DNA of 64,000 nucleotides from Polymyxa betae A26-41 (taxonomy: Eukaryota > Protista > Endomyxa: Phytomyxea). The translations under genes were made by a program, and so were the position numbers. Shown piece after piece: positions 12,997-24,507 of the stretch. The notes under the pieces were generated by a model, which was not told the origin of the DNA, searched no databases, and was given only the letters and a program-made list of their open reading frames with translations. Location: assembly GCA_003693705.1 (NCBI GenBank), contig RBZT01000809.1, positions 62,001-126,000 on the forward strand, written 5' to 3'. The stretch's first letter is position 1; each line of letters begins with the position of its first letter.

Positions 12997-13674
12997 ATGA
13001 TGGCCATGATCGTGATTAGAGCGGTCAGGGCTGGTTCGGCTCGACCGCCGAGCCATCACCGAATGTTTATGTCTGGGTTGGGCGACAAGATGAAAGGCTG
13101 GACCGAACGCAAACAGCAGGAGACGATGAGAACTCAGTTCAAAGAACAGATCAAAGAGCTGAGCGAAACCGAATCTTTCACGATGGAAGTTTTCCATGAA
13201 ACCGTCAAGAAACAGGTTCCGATTCCACCCTTGATTGAACTTACAGCATAATAATTTGTAGGCTCGCCAAGCCGGGGCTATCGGTTGGCGCTCATTGATT
13301 CCCGGTGCTGGTCAAGGAGTTGGTGTTAAGGCGGCTGAAGACGTTCTACGTATTCTGTACGTTGAGCTTTCACTATATAATTTCGGGTGATTAAGTTAAT
13401 CAGGAATGTTATGACTTCTGAGGAAAAGGCGGCTGGTGAAGATCTGCAGAAAGACGCGAAGTCGCGAATCGCCCAAATTAGCAACACCGACGTTGCCGAT
13501 GTGAATTTGATGCTTCGCAAGTTCTCCATGTTGAAATCGATGCACGCTTGGATCAGGCATGAGAAATCCCTGGGTAATCCTTTACCTGAATCACAGGGAG
13601 AGCTTCACGCTGCTGTCGTTCGCCGTCCGTTGCAAAAGCCATCAAATACACTCCTGCGCAGGCGAAGACGCTAA
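12997..13674 (+). CDS. Stand-alone SRP54/Ffh M-domain-like protein with mitochondrial-type presequence
   Basis: Introns 13216-13261 and 13357-13403. The spliced product FTMEVFHETVKKQARQAGAIGWRSLIPGAG...VLRILNVMTSEEK...KSRIAQISNTDVADVNLMLRKFSMLKSM follows the M-domain pattern (FTL..F..Q...MIPG...II.SMT.EER...R..RIA.GSG..V.EVN.LLKQF). No NG GTPase domain. Confidence 0.78.
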
Positions 13675-13753
13675 ACAGCTACAATGTATCTAAAACCAAG
13701 CGTGGGAATGACTTAACAATTTTCTAATGAAAAGTTTAGAAACATTTTATAAA

Positions 13754-15046
13754 TCAATCTTGTAATGACAGGTATTTTTTGTCTACAAGGCTGACAAGCT
13801 GGTTAGTTCGGAATGTGAGGCTCTTGGTCTTATCAATGACGTTTTGGTACACAGATGGAAAGTCTTTGGCCATGACCACTTCATTCTTAGCCAAGTCGAT
13901 GCGAGCTTCTAATCCCAGACTGCGAATTAGCTCAACCGTCCATCGTTCGGCCTCGTCCATGCTAACATTGAGCGATTCCGCAACCTTGTTGATAGCGATC
14001 GTCTGATGAGCGCGAAAATACGTCTCGAAATAGAACAGCCTAGCGCTGTCGATGAACTCGTCCTTGATATAGCTCAGGAAGAAATCTTCGCCGAGGACTC
14101 GGTCGCATTCGGCTAGCTTGGCGAACGCCACCTCGAAATCATAGTCGACATACAATGCCTGTAGGAACTGGGTGATCGGGTCCGAATACAAATAGGAGAG
14201 CTTCGTGATCAGCTTGACAAGATCGAACAGAGCGTTTCGCCGGCGGCGAATGATGCAGGCTGTAGCGATGTAGCGAAGAATATGAGGACATGACGACTGC
14301 AGAGTGGTGAGGTTGCGCTCCTTATTAAGGAACTCGATCAGACTGGCGCGGCCATTCTGATAGTTGAAGAATATGAAGAGACCCCAATGGATCAGCCAGG
14401 TCCGATATTTGACGAGGTTGATCTGAGGGACATTCACCATCTGGTCGATCGAGTCGTTGAGCTGGTTCAGGCCCACCAAAGCGTCGTCCCAGTGCGTCAG
14501 AAGGATGTCGGCGGCGAGCTGACCCCAGAGCGCCTTGAAGCATCGTTCTTCATTGCGGCTTAGAATTCGGTAGAAGAATAAGAACTCGGCAGCGTCCTGG
14601 TATTGGCCGCAATCAAACATGAATTTCGCATAGTTATAAAGAGCTTCGATCTGTTCGACGCTGGCTTCACGATTCTCTAATATGGAAGCAGCCGTCAGCT
14701 GGTCTCTATCAGAGATCTCCCCTTTACGCTCTTCAAGCAGGGCCAATAGAGGCGCGCATTGGGAGTGAAGCTTGGCATAATAATCGACTACCGAATCTCT
14801 AGGCCGGGAATTCAGACCAGCATGTGGCTCATCATCACCGAATTCGTCGATGTAAATCTCATTGTAGAAATCGACCATCTGGGTTGACTGTAAAACCTGC
14901 AGGCGAGCCAGATTTAAAGTATGCTTATCAAAAGCGCCAACGGATTCGGCGAAGTCCAGCAGAGGGACGACCATATGCGGATCGAGATGGGCGGCGATTG
15001 TGGCCGTCAGGTTATAGGATGCGGTCTGCTTGTTGGGCGTCGCCAT
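13754..15046 (-). CDS. EIF3E: Translation initiation factor 3 subunit E
   Basis: YNLTATIAAHLDPHMVVPLLDF, YAKFMFDCGQY, ALWGQLAADIL, RTWLIHWGLFIFF and a C-terminal PCI domain. Intronless, likely start MATPNKQ at 15046. Confidence 0.96.
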   Translation of the reverse strand: MATPNKQTASYNLTATIAAHLDPHMVVPLLDFAESVGAFDKHTLNLARLQVLQSTQMVDFYNEIYIDEFGDDEPHAGLNSRPRDSVVDYYAKLHSQCAPLLALLEERKGEISDRDQLTAASILENREASVEQIEALYNYAKFMFDCGQYQDAAEFLFFYRILSRNEERCFKALWGQLAADILLTHWDDALVGLNQLNDSIDQMVNVPQINLVKYRTWLIHWGLFIFFNYQNGRASLIEFLNKERNLTTLQSSCPHILRYIATACIIRRRRNALFDLVKLITKLSYLYSDPITQFLQALYVDYDFEVAFAKLAECDRVLGEDFFLSYIKDEFIDSARLFYFETYFRAHQTIAINKVAESLNVSMDEAERWTVELIRSLGLEARIDLAKNEVVMAKDFPSVYQNVIDKTKSLTFRTNQLVSLVDKKYLSLQD

Positions 15047-15375
15047 AGTTGGATGCCTTCGCCTGACGCCGCCAACGACACTATTGAGGCGAAAAGAGAC
15101 GTTGGGCTCGCAGTCCGTCACGGACCTTGTTTTTGTAATTTATTATCTGCAACATCCACAATTTCCAAAGTCATAATCCAATCGCTGTGTGCACAAGGTA
15201 AGATCCTGTTCAACACTGAAGCTCAGGTTATTGTTTATATATTTTTTCTTCTAAAATTATTTTATCCAAAACTTTCAATTTTTGCTCATCTAAAAACCGC
15301 ACTTGCCCGTTCGCTAAATCATTTGTGCAAGGTGAGGTTCGCGCCATTACAAGTGAACGATAGGCGCTCCCCTTG

Positions 15376-16671
15376 ATGTCGTCATTTCATCGATTTGGGC
15401 TAAATTCCAGTCTGGTTTCACGCTTGGTTTCGTTGGGCATAACCACACCGACGCCTGTGCAGCTCACAGCCATCAATGCTCTGACGAGACGTTTGCCGCA
15501 AGATGGCGATGATCCGAAATGGAGCTTCGGGCGCGAAGCGCTCGTTATTGATTCTGCCACCGGATCTGGGAAGACATTGGCCTATTTGTTGCCATTAGCA
15601 GATCTATCACTACAGTCTGCCGGCATCGCTGCCGCTGTTGCTGTACCTTCGGCAACGCTGGCGACTCAAGTTCACGATCAGGCTGCCAGCCTGATTGGTT
15701 CTGAACATGTTGAATTTGTCGACTGTACAAGCAAAGTCTCCAACCCGAATTCCGCCATCTTCATTGGACAATTAAGCCATCTGGCTCGATTGCCTTCGGC
15801 AATCCGTGATAGGCTTCGATGTGTCGTTCTGGATGAAGCCGATATGATTCTGAATCCTCCAGGAAAATACGAGAACTATCAACGTATTAAATCTCGAGCG
15901 CCGAAACGACAAGCAGCCGTGGAGGCGCTGCATGATATAATGGGCGGGGAAGGAAATGCTCCTACTAAGCACATCCTCGAAGATGACGATAACGAGGACG
16001 CTATGAAATCGCACGAAGAGCTCGATGCCGCTCTTCGTGTTGGAAGCGGGATTTCGCCATTGGTGGTTGCAGTTTCGGCGACAGCCAACAACCGTCTGAG
16101 ACACATGCTGAAAGTCTCTAAGCTCGCCCATCGTGTCAAGATTCTCTCTCCAACCAATGCTTCTTTTGATTTGCCGCCAAACCTTCAACACCGATATCAG
16201 ATCGTAATCGATGCTGCTGAGGACCGTATAGAAATTGGCGTTGCGCCTGAAATCATCAAATGCTTTCAGCAGTTTGGGAGCAGACCGACTTTGGTGGTCG
16301 CCCCTGACAGTTTCTCCTTGGATATGCTTCGCGCCGCGCTCGAGTTTGAAGGTGTTGAAGCAATCGTCATCGACGAGATCGCATCTCAAGATCAGTCGGG
16401 TTTCAAGATGACGTATGATGGGTCGAAAATTCTGATAGGTTCTGCAAGGTCGATACGTGGCCTGGATATTCCAATCATTGAGCATGTTATCATTGCCGCA
16501 ATTCCAGCCACGACCAAAGACTATGTACACATTGCTGGCAGAACTGCTCGAATGGGCAGAAAGGGCACCGTCACGACATTGCTAACGGCTCCTAGCCTCG
16601 GAAGGTTGCAAACTTTCGCTAAGGAGCTCAATGTTTCTATCGAACAGGTCGACAGTAAACCAAACATTTAA
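15376..16671 (+). CDS. Divergent DEAD-box RNA helicase
   Basis: Q motif PTPVQ, Walker A SATGSGKT, LDEAD, SAT, RGLDIP and YVHIAGRTARMGRKG. Confidence 0.9.
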   Translation: MSSFHRFGLNSSLVSRLVSLGITTPTPVQLTAINALTRRLPQDGDDPKWSFGREALVIDSATGSGKTLAYLLPLADLSLQSAGIAAAVAVPSATLATQVHDQAASLIGSEHVEFVDCTSKVSNPNSAIFIGQLSHLARLPSAIRDRLRCVVLDEADMILNPPGKYENYQRIKSRAPKRQAAVEALHDIMGGEGNAPTKHILEDDDNEDAMKSHEELDAALRVGSGISPLVVAVSATANNRLRHMLKVSKLAHRVKILSPTNASFDLPPNLQHRYQIVIDAAEDRIEIGVAPEIIKCFQQFGSRPTLVVAPDSFSLDMLRAALEFEGVEAIVIDEIASQDQSGFKMTYDGSKILIGSARSIRGLDIPIIEHVIIAAIPATTKDYVHIAGRTARMGRKGTVTTLLTAPSLGRLQTFAKELNVSIEQVDSKPNI

Positions 16672-16782
16672 CAAAAAAAGTCCGAAGATTTTTATTTTTG
16701 AAAGTAACTAATCAATTTTATCGGCATACCTTGCGAATCGCTATGACGCTGATAGATTGCTTGTCACCGTTGGCAGTAATCG

Positions 16783-17604
16783 ATGGGCAATGGTGTTCAC
16801 TCACTGGTGATCTATGACAAGAATACTCAAGAATCCTTCAAGCAGCGTGGCATTGTGCCATTCATTGAGATGTCGAGGTTACCAGAGCATCTCGAAGAAT
16901 ACGTTCTTGGCTTCTACAGTTTGCCTGTGATCTTCTACGCGTCCTGCAGAAGCGGATGCACCCAACTGGTTCGACAGCTGCTCAGATTTCCCCAACTTCA
17001 TCGCTACCTGGACCGATGCAAACTTCATGTCAATCAGAGCTTCGTTGTCGCTTGTGTTCATGGTCACGTCGATACGGCACGCCTTCTCCTGCTGAATTTC
17101 GAAATGGACAAAACCTGTTTTGAATACGCTATTAGAGAGGCGGCCGCTGTGGATCGCGTCGAGATTATTCGTTTGGTTCTAGCTTCAAATAACTCGCCCG
17201 ATTCCGATCTAGTATCAAACGTTTTGCAAAGTGCTTGTTTCACGGGATCTAACAGAATCATCAGCCTGATCCTTCGAAAGAAACTTCTAAATTTTAACGA
17301 GATGCCATCAAATCTCCTTCAGAGAGCCTGTCTAACAGGATGTACTGAACTCGTTCAAAAGCTATTATCATCGGGTTGTGGCCAGCCGAGTAAGACCGTT
17401 TTCACGAACGCTTATAATGCCGGCTATCGAGAGATTGTCGACATGCTCATTCGCGATCCTCGTCTATCAGAATCCTGTATAATGCAAGCGTTTGAAACCG
17501 ACGAACGTCGCGGCGATGCCGATCGAGCAGCTCTCTTGTCTGCAAGCATAAGCGATTCGCATTGGCTCTCTGGCATCAAAGGTCAACCCAAGCTCTCTAC
17601 ATGA
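16783..17604 (+). CDS. Degenerate ankyrin-repeat protein
   Basis: Repeated AC..G....V..LL units (ASCRSGCTQLVRQLL, ACVHGHVDTARLLL, ACFTGSNRIISLIL, ACLTGCTELVQKLL). Intronless. Confidence 0.7.
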   Translation: MGNGVHSLVIYDKNTQESFKQRGIVPFIEMSRLPEHLEEYVLGFYSLPVIFYASCRSGCTQLVRQLLRFPQLHRYLDRCKLHVNQSFVVACVHGHVDTARLLLLNFEMDKTCFEYAIREAAAVDRVEIIRLVLASNNSPDSDLVSNVLQSACFTGSNRIISLILRKKLLNFNEMPSNLLQRACLTGCTELVQKLLSSGCGQPSKTVFTNAYNAGYREIVDMLIRDPRLSESCIMQAFETDERRGDADRAALLSASISDSHWLSGIKGQPKLST

Positions 17605-17920
17605 TTTGCAAACAGATTATGCGGCTTTTGATCCGGCATTTTCAATCGCTTTAAGATCCAAGCAGCTGTTGAACCAGTATTTAGTATCACAAATTCTTAC
17701 AGCAATGTAATTTCATATTCTAACCTTCACGTAATTTATCAGAATGCATAAGAAATAAACTGTTAAATCAGCATTTTCTACATAGCCCGAAACGTAATAA
17801 CGCAATTTAAAATAATTTGTTAAAGTGGAGTGTGAGTTATGCTTAGTATTAAGAGGGTATAGTTGAAGGAGTCCGCTCGTTGTTATCAGTTCAGGATTCA
17901 GCTAATAACAGTTGTGGGTG

Positions 17921-19206
17921 ATGATGGCCCGAATCATCGTTGCCGTTCTGCTTTTCGCAGCATCGGCAGTTGCATTGGGCAAGCCGGCGTCGCCGGATTT
18001 GATCGTGGTATCGTCTGAGGCCGCCGGGCATACCGCTTTGCTAGCCCAACCTGGCACTAGCTTTCCGGTTCCTGTCTCTGAACTAAAGGACGTTTCTGCC
18101 GCCGTCCTGAAGCTCTTCAATGTTGATGGGATCGATGGGTCGCTACTCGGCCGCCGCCTTCCTAGGGCTTTGCTAATGATAGTTGTTGGAGGAGTAGCGT
18201 CTGAAATGCTAACGGACGCTGATTTCCCTAATCTATCCGCTATACTGGAAGACTCACCAAAGAGCTTGATCACCACTATTCCAGAGCCTCGGAACTTCGA
18301 CAATATGGTCAAGACGGCGCTCTCGACGAAAGAATTGACGTTGACACAACAGTTCCAGAGCGCGTTCCGAAACCAAGCGAAAATGTCGATCTCGTCGGCT
18401 TCTGAATTCGTTTGCAACCTTGCTCTCGGCTGCGACGCCAAATCATCAAACATGGATATTTTGATATCCGCTATTGATGGAACGTTTCAGAATCAGGTTC
18501 TGTTGTTTGCAGGAAATAGAGGCCAGTCATTCCAGTTAGATACATCTGACCAAGCCATCAATGCATTTTTGAACGAAGTCGCAATGATTATGGCGAACCC
18601 CATGCAGAGCTCAGACTCCAGCGCTCCAACCTTCATTTCTGTGACGTTTTCAACGCTCCAGCCTATTCTTGACGAGTTTGGAATCCAGTCCAAAATCGCA
18701 GCAGCATGCCTTCACGTTCTCGATGTAGCGATTCCAAAAATTATGGAATCTTTCCGAACTGCATTCTCTGAACGAGCTGAAGTTGCGATTCTGCTTCTGC
18801 CACCATCGCATGACGCCTATATGACCGAAGAAATCCGACAGATTATTGTATCGGTCAATGGTGATGCATCTCCTTCTTCGGCGTTCGTTTACCTTTCCGA
18901 CGGATCCTCGGTTGCTGTTGTTCAGAAGAGACTCTCCGCAAGACTTCCAATGAATTTCCAAATTTTCAACTTCGAGAGTAAGAGTTCAAGCCAGAGCGAT
19001 GTAAATCCTGCCCTATATCAGATCACGTTATGGGTGAGTATAATGCTGGTTGTTTTAGTGATTGTCTCTACTGGGGCGTTGTGCTGTGGAGAAATTCGCA
19101 AAGATACGTTGCTGTACTCGAAGGTAAATTGTGAGCAACTTGCACAGTTTTTAACTTTAAATGTGTTCTTCAGATCGCTCCATCGAATGATAAGAAGAAT
19201 CGTTGA
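17921..19206 (+). CDS. Type I membrane protein, ATP6AP2/(pro)renin-receptor-like V-ATPase accessory subunit
   Basis: Signal peptide, large luminal region, C-terminal TM YQITLWVSIMLVVLVIVSTGAL followed by KDTLLYSK (D-[ST]-[LI]-[LI]-Y tail motif). Intron 19124-19173. Confidence 0.72.
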
Positions 19207-19763
19207 GCTTATTTGTTATAAAGGAAAATTTTTATCACTACTTTCTTACAGCATCGAAAACACTGCTCTGGTTTTACATCTCTTCTAATGACACAAACAC
19301 GAAAACGTGATAGATAAGTTTTTGCAGAAGAGCTTTCATTCTGCAACACGATACAGTCGTTTGGTTGACAATTGGTTTCGTTATACGTGGAGTCTGGTAA
19401 CATTCAGATACCATGTCAGATTCCCAACGTACATAGCCGAGTATAATCCCGACACAGCATATCAACCAGACGTTCAATGTGTTTAATGTTTTCATTACTC
19501 GACATAAAAACGACTCATCTTACAATGCTTTCGGAAAATTATATCTTGTATGACAGGCTGACAGAGATTCTGAAATCAATGGGGGAAGCTTCTGCTCCTC
19601 AAGTCTTGTTTGCGATGTGGTAACGTTACACAGACGGAAAATTTGTTTGCGTGAAAAATATCTTGGAAGTTAGGAACTTAGAGCTGTATTGGATCTGATG
19701 GTGCCGGTTTAAAGGTCTGACCGGCACCCTCCTTCATCTCATTTTCAATTGCTTCAGACAGCC

Positions 19764-21189
19764 ATGGCTCCGAAGCGGGCTGCGAAGCTTTCTAGAGCGG
19801 CGTCGCCAGCCAGTATTGGCGGCGACAACGACTCAGTTATCAGCGAAATCAGCGAGCTGGCCGAATCGCTGTCTATAACAGATTCGGCCACGATCTTGGA
19901 GACGGCCTTGACGAAGTTCCTGGATCGGCGCGCCTCGACGCGTTTGGAAGCTCTGGAGATGTTCAATCGACAGCTGTCATTGCAGTTACACGAAGAGTTT
20001 CTAGAATCCGAGCAAAGCACGATTCAATCAGGTTTAATTTCCAGTCTGAAGAGGAGTATACCTGAAGAAACTGTCGAAAGCTGTCGCTTTCTCGAGCTGA
20101 TCACCATCACAATGGGGCCAGCCGCAGTTCTTAACGAAGCCATTCCTGTTCTAAAATCCCTTTCACGACATGGCGGCGATAAGGTCCAGCCGGCCGCCGT
20201 TCGAGCACTGGGTACGATCCAGCTAATCACTTGCCATCATGCCGACGCCCTTCACCATTGGATGGCGACGCTTTCGCGGTTCTTCCGCAAGCGAGATCCA
20301 GGTCTTGCATCAGCTGCAATTGATGCCTGGGCGCTCTTAGCAACGCAGCTATCCAGTACTGATCTTGCTGGACCTATTCGTGAGCTCTATCTGCCTCGTC
20401 TGGCTGTGCTTCTTCACAGCCAGTCCGTCGATATTCGGACGTCAGCGGGTGAGGCTCTGGCGCTGATTTTCGAAGCCATCTGGCAACGTCGCAAAGCTGG
20501 AGACAACGATGATGCTGAGAGTGACGATGATTACGAGTCGGATGAGGAGAAAGTGTTATCGGGCTCGGAAGACGGCGACGAATTCGGCAGCGAAACGCCG
20601 ACTGAAAACGAAAACGACTCGAGCTTGGAATCGGACGAAGAGGTCGATGTTGAAGAACTTCAGGTCCTGTTGGCCCAGCTGGCTACCGATGGAACGCGAT
20701 CGCGCGCTCGAAAGGAACGATCGGTGCAGCGATCCGTTTTCCGATCGGTATATTCGACTGTTATATCAGGTCTGAAAGAGCGCTGCTCAAGTTCATGATG
20801 TGCTGATCGAGGTGTTTGTAGGAGAGCAACCCAAGGTAGCGCTGAAAATCGGCAAAGAACGTCTCACTTTCGGGACCTGGAAATCCATCATTCGTTTATC
20901 AGCCATGCGCGAGGTGCTTGCACAAGGATTTTATCGGCATATCTCAAGCAATGATCTGGTTCGAGATCTGCTCCTGATTTCAAGCGAGAAGCAAGATGCG
21001 GTTGGGGATTTTCAGGTTCGTACCAAATGTTCTATTCTGGATTTTCTTGATTGGGTTTTGTCTCAGGCAAATCCTGATTCGGTTTCTGTAGAGGTGAAGG
21101 AAGTGAGCCAGTCGAAGACTAAGATGCGGCAGCAGAAGAAGAAGGCTGACAGGAATCAAAAGCACAGTTTCCGGTTCAATACTGATTAA
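19764..21189 (+). CDS. Interferon-related developmental regulator (IFRD) family protein
   Basis: HEAT-like body with AAIDAWALLAT, RTSAGEALALIFE, LATDGTRSRARKERSVQRSVFR and C-terminal LKIGKERLTFGTW...REVLAQGFYRH. Introns near 20770-20821 and 21016-21066. Confidence 0.88.
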
Positions 21190-22494
21190 TTTTACCTGTT
21201 ATATTTTGTAAATAAGAAGTCTCGTCGTTTGTTTATTGGAGTCTTTTTTCCAGTTGCGCAGTCCAAAGCAGCATTTCAGTATTAGCATCTGGAACCTTGT
21301 AGACCAAAAATCAGATGAATGCCCGTGCTTCTTGTTTCTCGTTGGACACCGCGCTTTACGACAAGGCCACAAAAATCGCAGCAGTTGGTTGATCTTTGTT
21401 TATAATAGATGCGTGAACAGTTTTTAATTGTTCCTGGGGGAATGCTGGGATTAAGTTTCATAGAAAACCTCTTTGACGGCCGGCTATTTAAGGAGCCCAA
21501 TTTGCCCTCACACTGATCACTAGGAATTCAGCTCGGGTCTGCCTTGATAAAACCGAATTCAGGATATTGGATGGCATTGAGAGCCGACTGGCTTTGTTCC
21601 GTAGCAGTTTCTGTTGCATATCCACCAACCACTATCTGTAAAGCGAACGGCAGCAACGCAGTCCTCACGTGGTATGCGGCTGAAGATAAGCTGATCGGAT
21701 CTCGTTGCCTTTTGTATCTATTTCAACTTCTGACAGGGTAAAAGGCCTCATCCATTGTCAAAGCCTGAATTGCAGTGTCTGTTGCTTCAATCAATTATAT
21801 GACATGTATCGTCTCCAAACCCGCATTGTTGGTACTTATTCTATACCGAAGGATACCGAATACGTAGCAATCGAGACGCGACAGCTTTTGTTTATATGAC
21901 AAATGAAACAATTTCGCTTCTCACCTATGCAGCTCAGTAAATCACCTCCAGATAGCTTCTATAATGTTCATATAAAAGCTAGTCCGTCATATGAGCTGCA
22001 TCTAAACCCATCAAGCACTAGTAATACTAAGCTGTCAGTCCAATAACATCATCTTATACTGTTAATGGATAGAAACGTAAACTTGATCTGCATATTCCCA
22101 TGATTTAAAAATAGGGTTTCGCACCACCACCAGAATCTTGGCAATCTTCACAGTCAGAAACCTCGTCGCAACAGCCTTTGCATGAGCAGCAGTATTCATC
22201 GTATTCCAAGAAAACAAGCATTAATGATAGCACATATAGCTCGATGACCTCATGTGGAACTCTATCTGCGGCCAGAGCACCTTGATAGGTAGATAGGTAT
22301 AATGGAGGTCGATGCCATGGATGATGCCAGACAAATTCAAGGCAGCCTCTAACCCGATAAGCAGATAGATCAGCTATAGACGAGGAGTGCGCTATCTTAG
22401 ATACATCAACTTTTCTTGCAAACGGCGCTATTTTGAACATAGTTGACATGGATGGTATTGGAACAGCAAGATAGCACAAGCTGGGCATTGAGGT

Positions 22495-22833
22495 TCATTG
22501 CTTTCGGCCTCGGCAAAATCTCGAACGTTTGATCATGGCCACGCCGATATTACAACAACCCAGTACAACCGTTAAGAACAAAGACCCGATCACAATACAA
22601 ACCACTACCACGACGGCGACCTCATCCCGGGACATAACATGATGCTGGGGATAGATCGGTGGAAATGGACTAGGAGAGGGAGAAGGACTGCCTAGCAGAT
22701 CACGAGCGCCTCTGTACAATCTCCAGTGAACAAGCGACAAGCCACATTGCCACAGTCACTACCCGACAGGTAACGGGCCGCGCTCCAGCAACAAGACCAG
22801 TAACGATATGACAAAGGCCAGGAGGCGATACAT
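22495..22833 (-). CDS. Small (95 aa) secretory-pathway type I membrane protein with Ser-Pro repeat
   Basis: Intron 22712-22762 (51 nt, GT-AG) gives MYRLLAFVISLLVLLLERGPLPVGGARDLLGSPSPSPSPFPPIYPQHH...TM(VAVVVVVCIVIGSLFLTVVLG)...KRSRFCRGRKQ. Confidence 0.6.
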
Positions 22834-24507
22834 CAGTCGCAGAAGCTGTGAGACCCCACAGATGAACATTGGGGCGCCCCCTGATGGGCCCGCACTCCGT
22901 AGCTAATAAGTGAAAGCGATGCTTCATCTCCATGTATGAAAGTCAGGTTGAAAACTGTGCAGCTCTCGCACTTTCATCTGCACTGTCTGTTGTGGTCTTG
23001 TGGAGTTGATCATTGGAAGCGAGCGAGCCAATGTCTCTTTCAATGCAAACTAACTGAAGAACTGGGTTTAACAGACATTACGAAGGAATATGTCGTCAGA
23101 ATATTGAAGTTGAGAGTCTTGAATAGCAAGGCAGTCGAGTTCAAATCCACGCCAATGATTGAATATGCAGTAGTTGTACCAAAATGATTCACTCTATGTT
23201 TGTATCGATCAATAAACCTTTCGTACCAGCCGTAATAAACTTTTTCACTTTTTGCATTAATTTCTCTATATCATCCATCTCGGAAGCAACAACAATAAAG
23301 ACGGTTGGAGCACAAGGCAGGAATGGGCAATTGTTCCTACCGTCTTGTGACATCTCAGACCAAGTTTCCTTATCAACGTTCGACATATCCATATCTGGAA
23401 TAGATTGCTGGTAAAATCTTCTCAGATATCGAGTACGATGTTATCATGATGCGCATTCTCAGGATCTAAGGAAAGACCTCTCTCGCAGCAATTGCACATC
23501 CTCGGCGGCTCGCTGCCAGAACAAAGATCGAGGGGCTTCCACCCTAAGGCAGATGTTGTCGGGACGGAATTTATTATGAATCGTGCATTGCATTTGCGGT
23601 GGCAATGACCGGCCGCCATTTGTTCGCCATTGTCTGAGATGCGCCGGCGGTGTCCACTGTGCGCCGGTTGCAATGAATCATAAGTAGGTGTTAACAACGA
23701 TGGCGATCGAGACGCTTTACATGGCTGAAGATTAACGCTGTTGGCATCTCTGCTCATCATTTCTAGCTGCATAGCAATGGTCATATCTTCCAACCATCCT
23801 CGAGTTGCGCGCTCCTTTTCGTGTTTTTGTCGATTTAATTTCATACAGTCAAAACGCAACCATATGCAGGGTCGATAATCATACAATATACGTCTCTCGT
23901 AATACAGCACATCAATATATGATAAAGGTTGAAACTGATGACATGCCCCGATAAAAAAGGCTGCAACGTCGAAAGAAGCTGCATCAGGGTGCCCCGAAAA
24001 ATCAATCGGTTTTGTGCGGCAAATATTTTTATGCTGCCTGAAGCTCTCGCAGCCCACAATGGCTTCATTTGAAGTTGTCACGAGCTGTGAGCCTTTCCAA
24101 GAGCTGCAGTCGCCCTTCGGGAGCATTATAGCTTTCCGTTGATATGCGTTAGGATGAACTGCGATTATATCGTCCACAAAAGTGAATAGACCAAAATATA
24201 TAGCTCTTTGTCGTTCAGTAATCAGTTGATCTGTTCAAGAACGTAAACTTCCGGGCGTATGTTAATTCCGGGTTAGGCAGAGAGACGGCTCTGTTAAGGC
24301 GAAAGTTCTCAATCTGCAACATTCACCATCCACTTTGTAAAGATTCCTTGGTGTGCTCTGCCAAGTCTCAAGCTTTAATCGAAATCTATATCGTATTTGA
24401 GAATCGTGCGCCCAGTCGAAAGTGCGACACTGCAATTTTTAAAACTGCGGATTTGGGGTATTTCGTGAATTACGTGATTTTAATAACATAAAATTATAAA
24501 AACAACT

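Noticed and set aside
15772-16530. Long antisense ORFs over the helicase (and similarly over PHD, RCL1 and ubiquilin genes)
   Set aside because: Shadow frames of GC-rich coding sequence with no independent motifs.
19274-19495. 73-aa ORF with a hydrophobic start and several Cys (possible small secreted protein)
   Set aside because: Weak signal peptide, AT-rich intergenic composition and no supporting evidence.
22936-24177. ORFs 23189-23392 and 23422-24177
   Set aside because: No recognisable domain or consistent gene structure. Probably decayed sequence, so no call is supportable.
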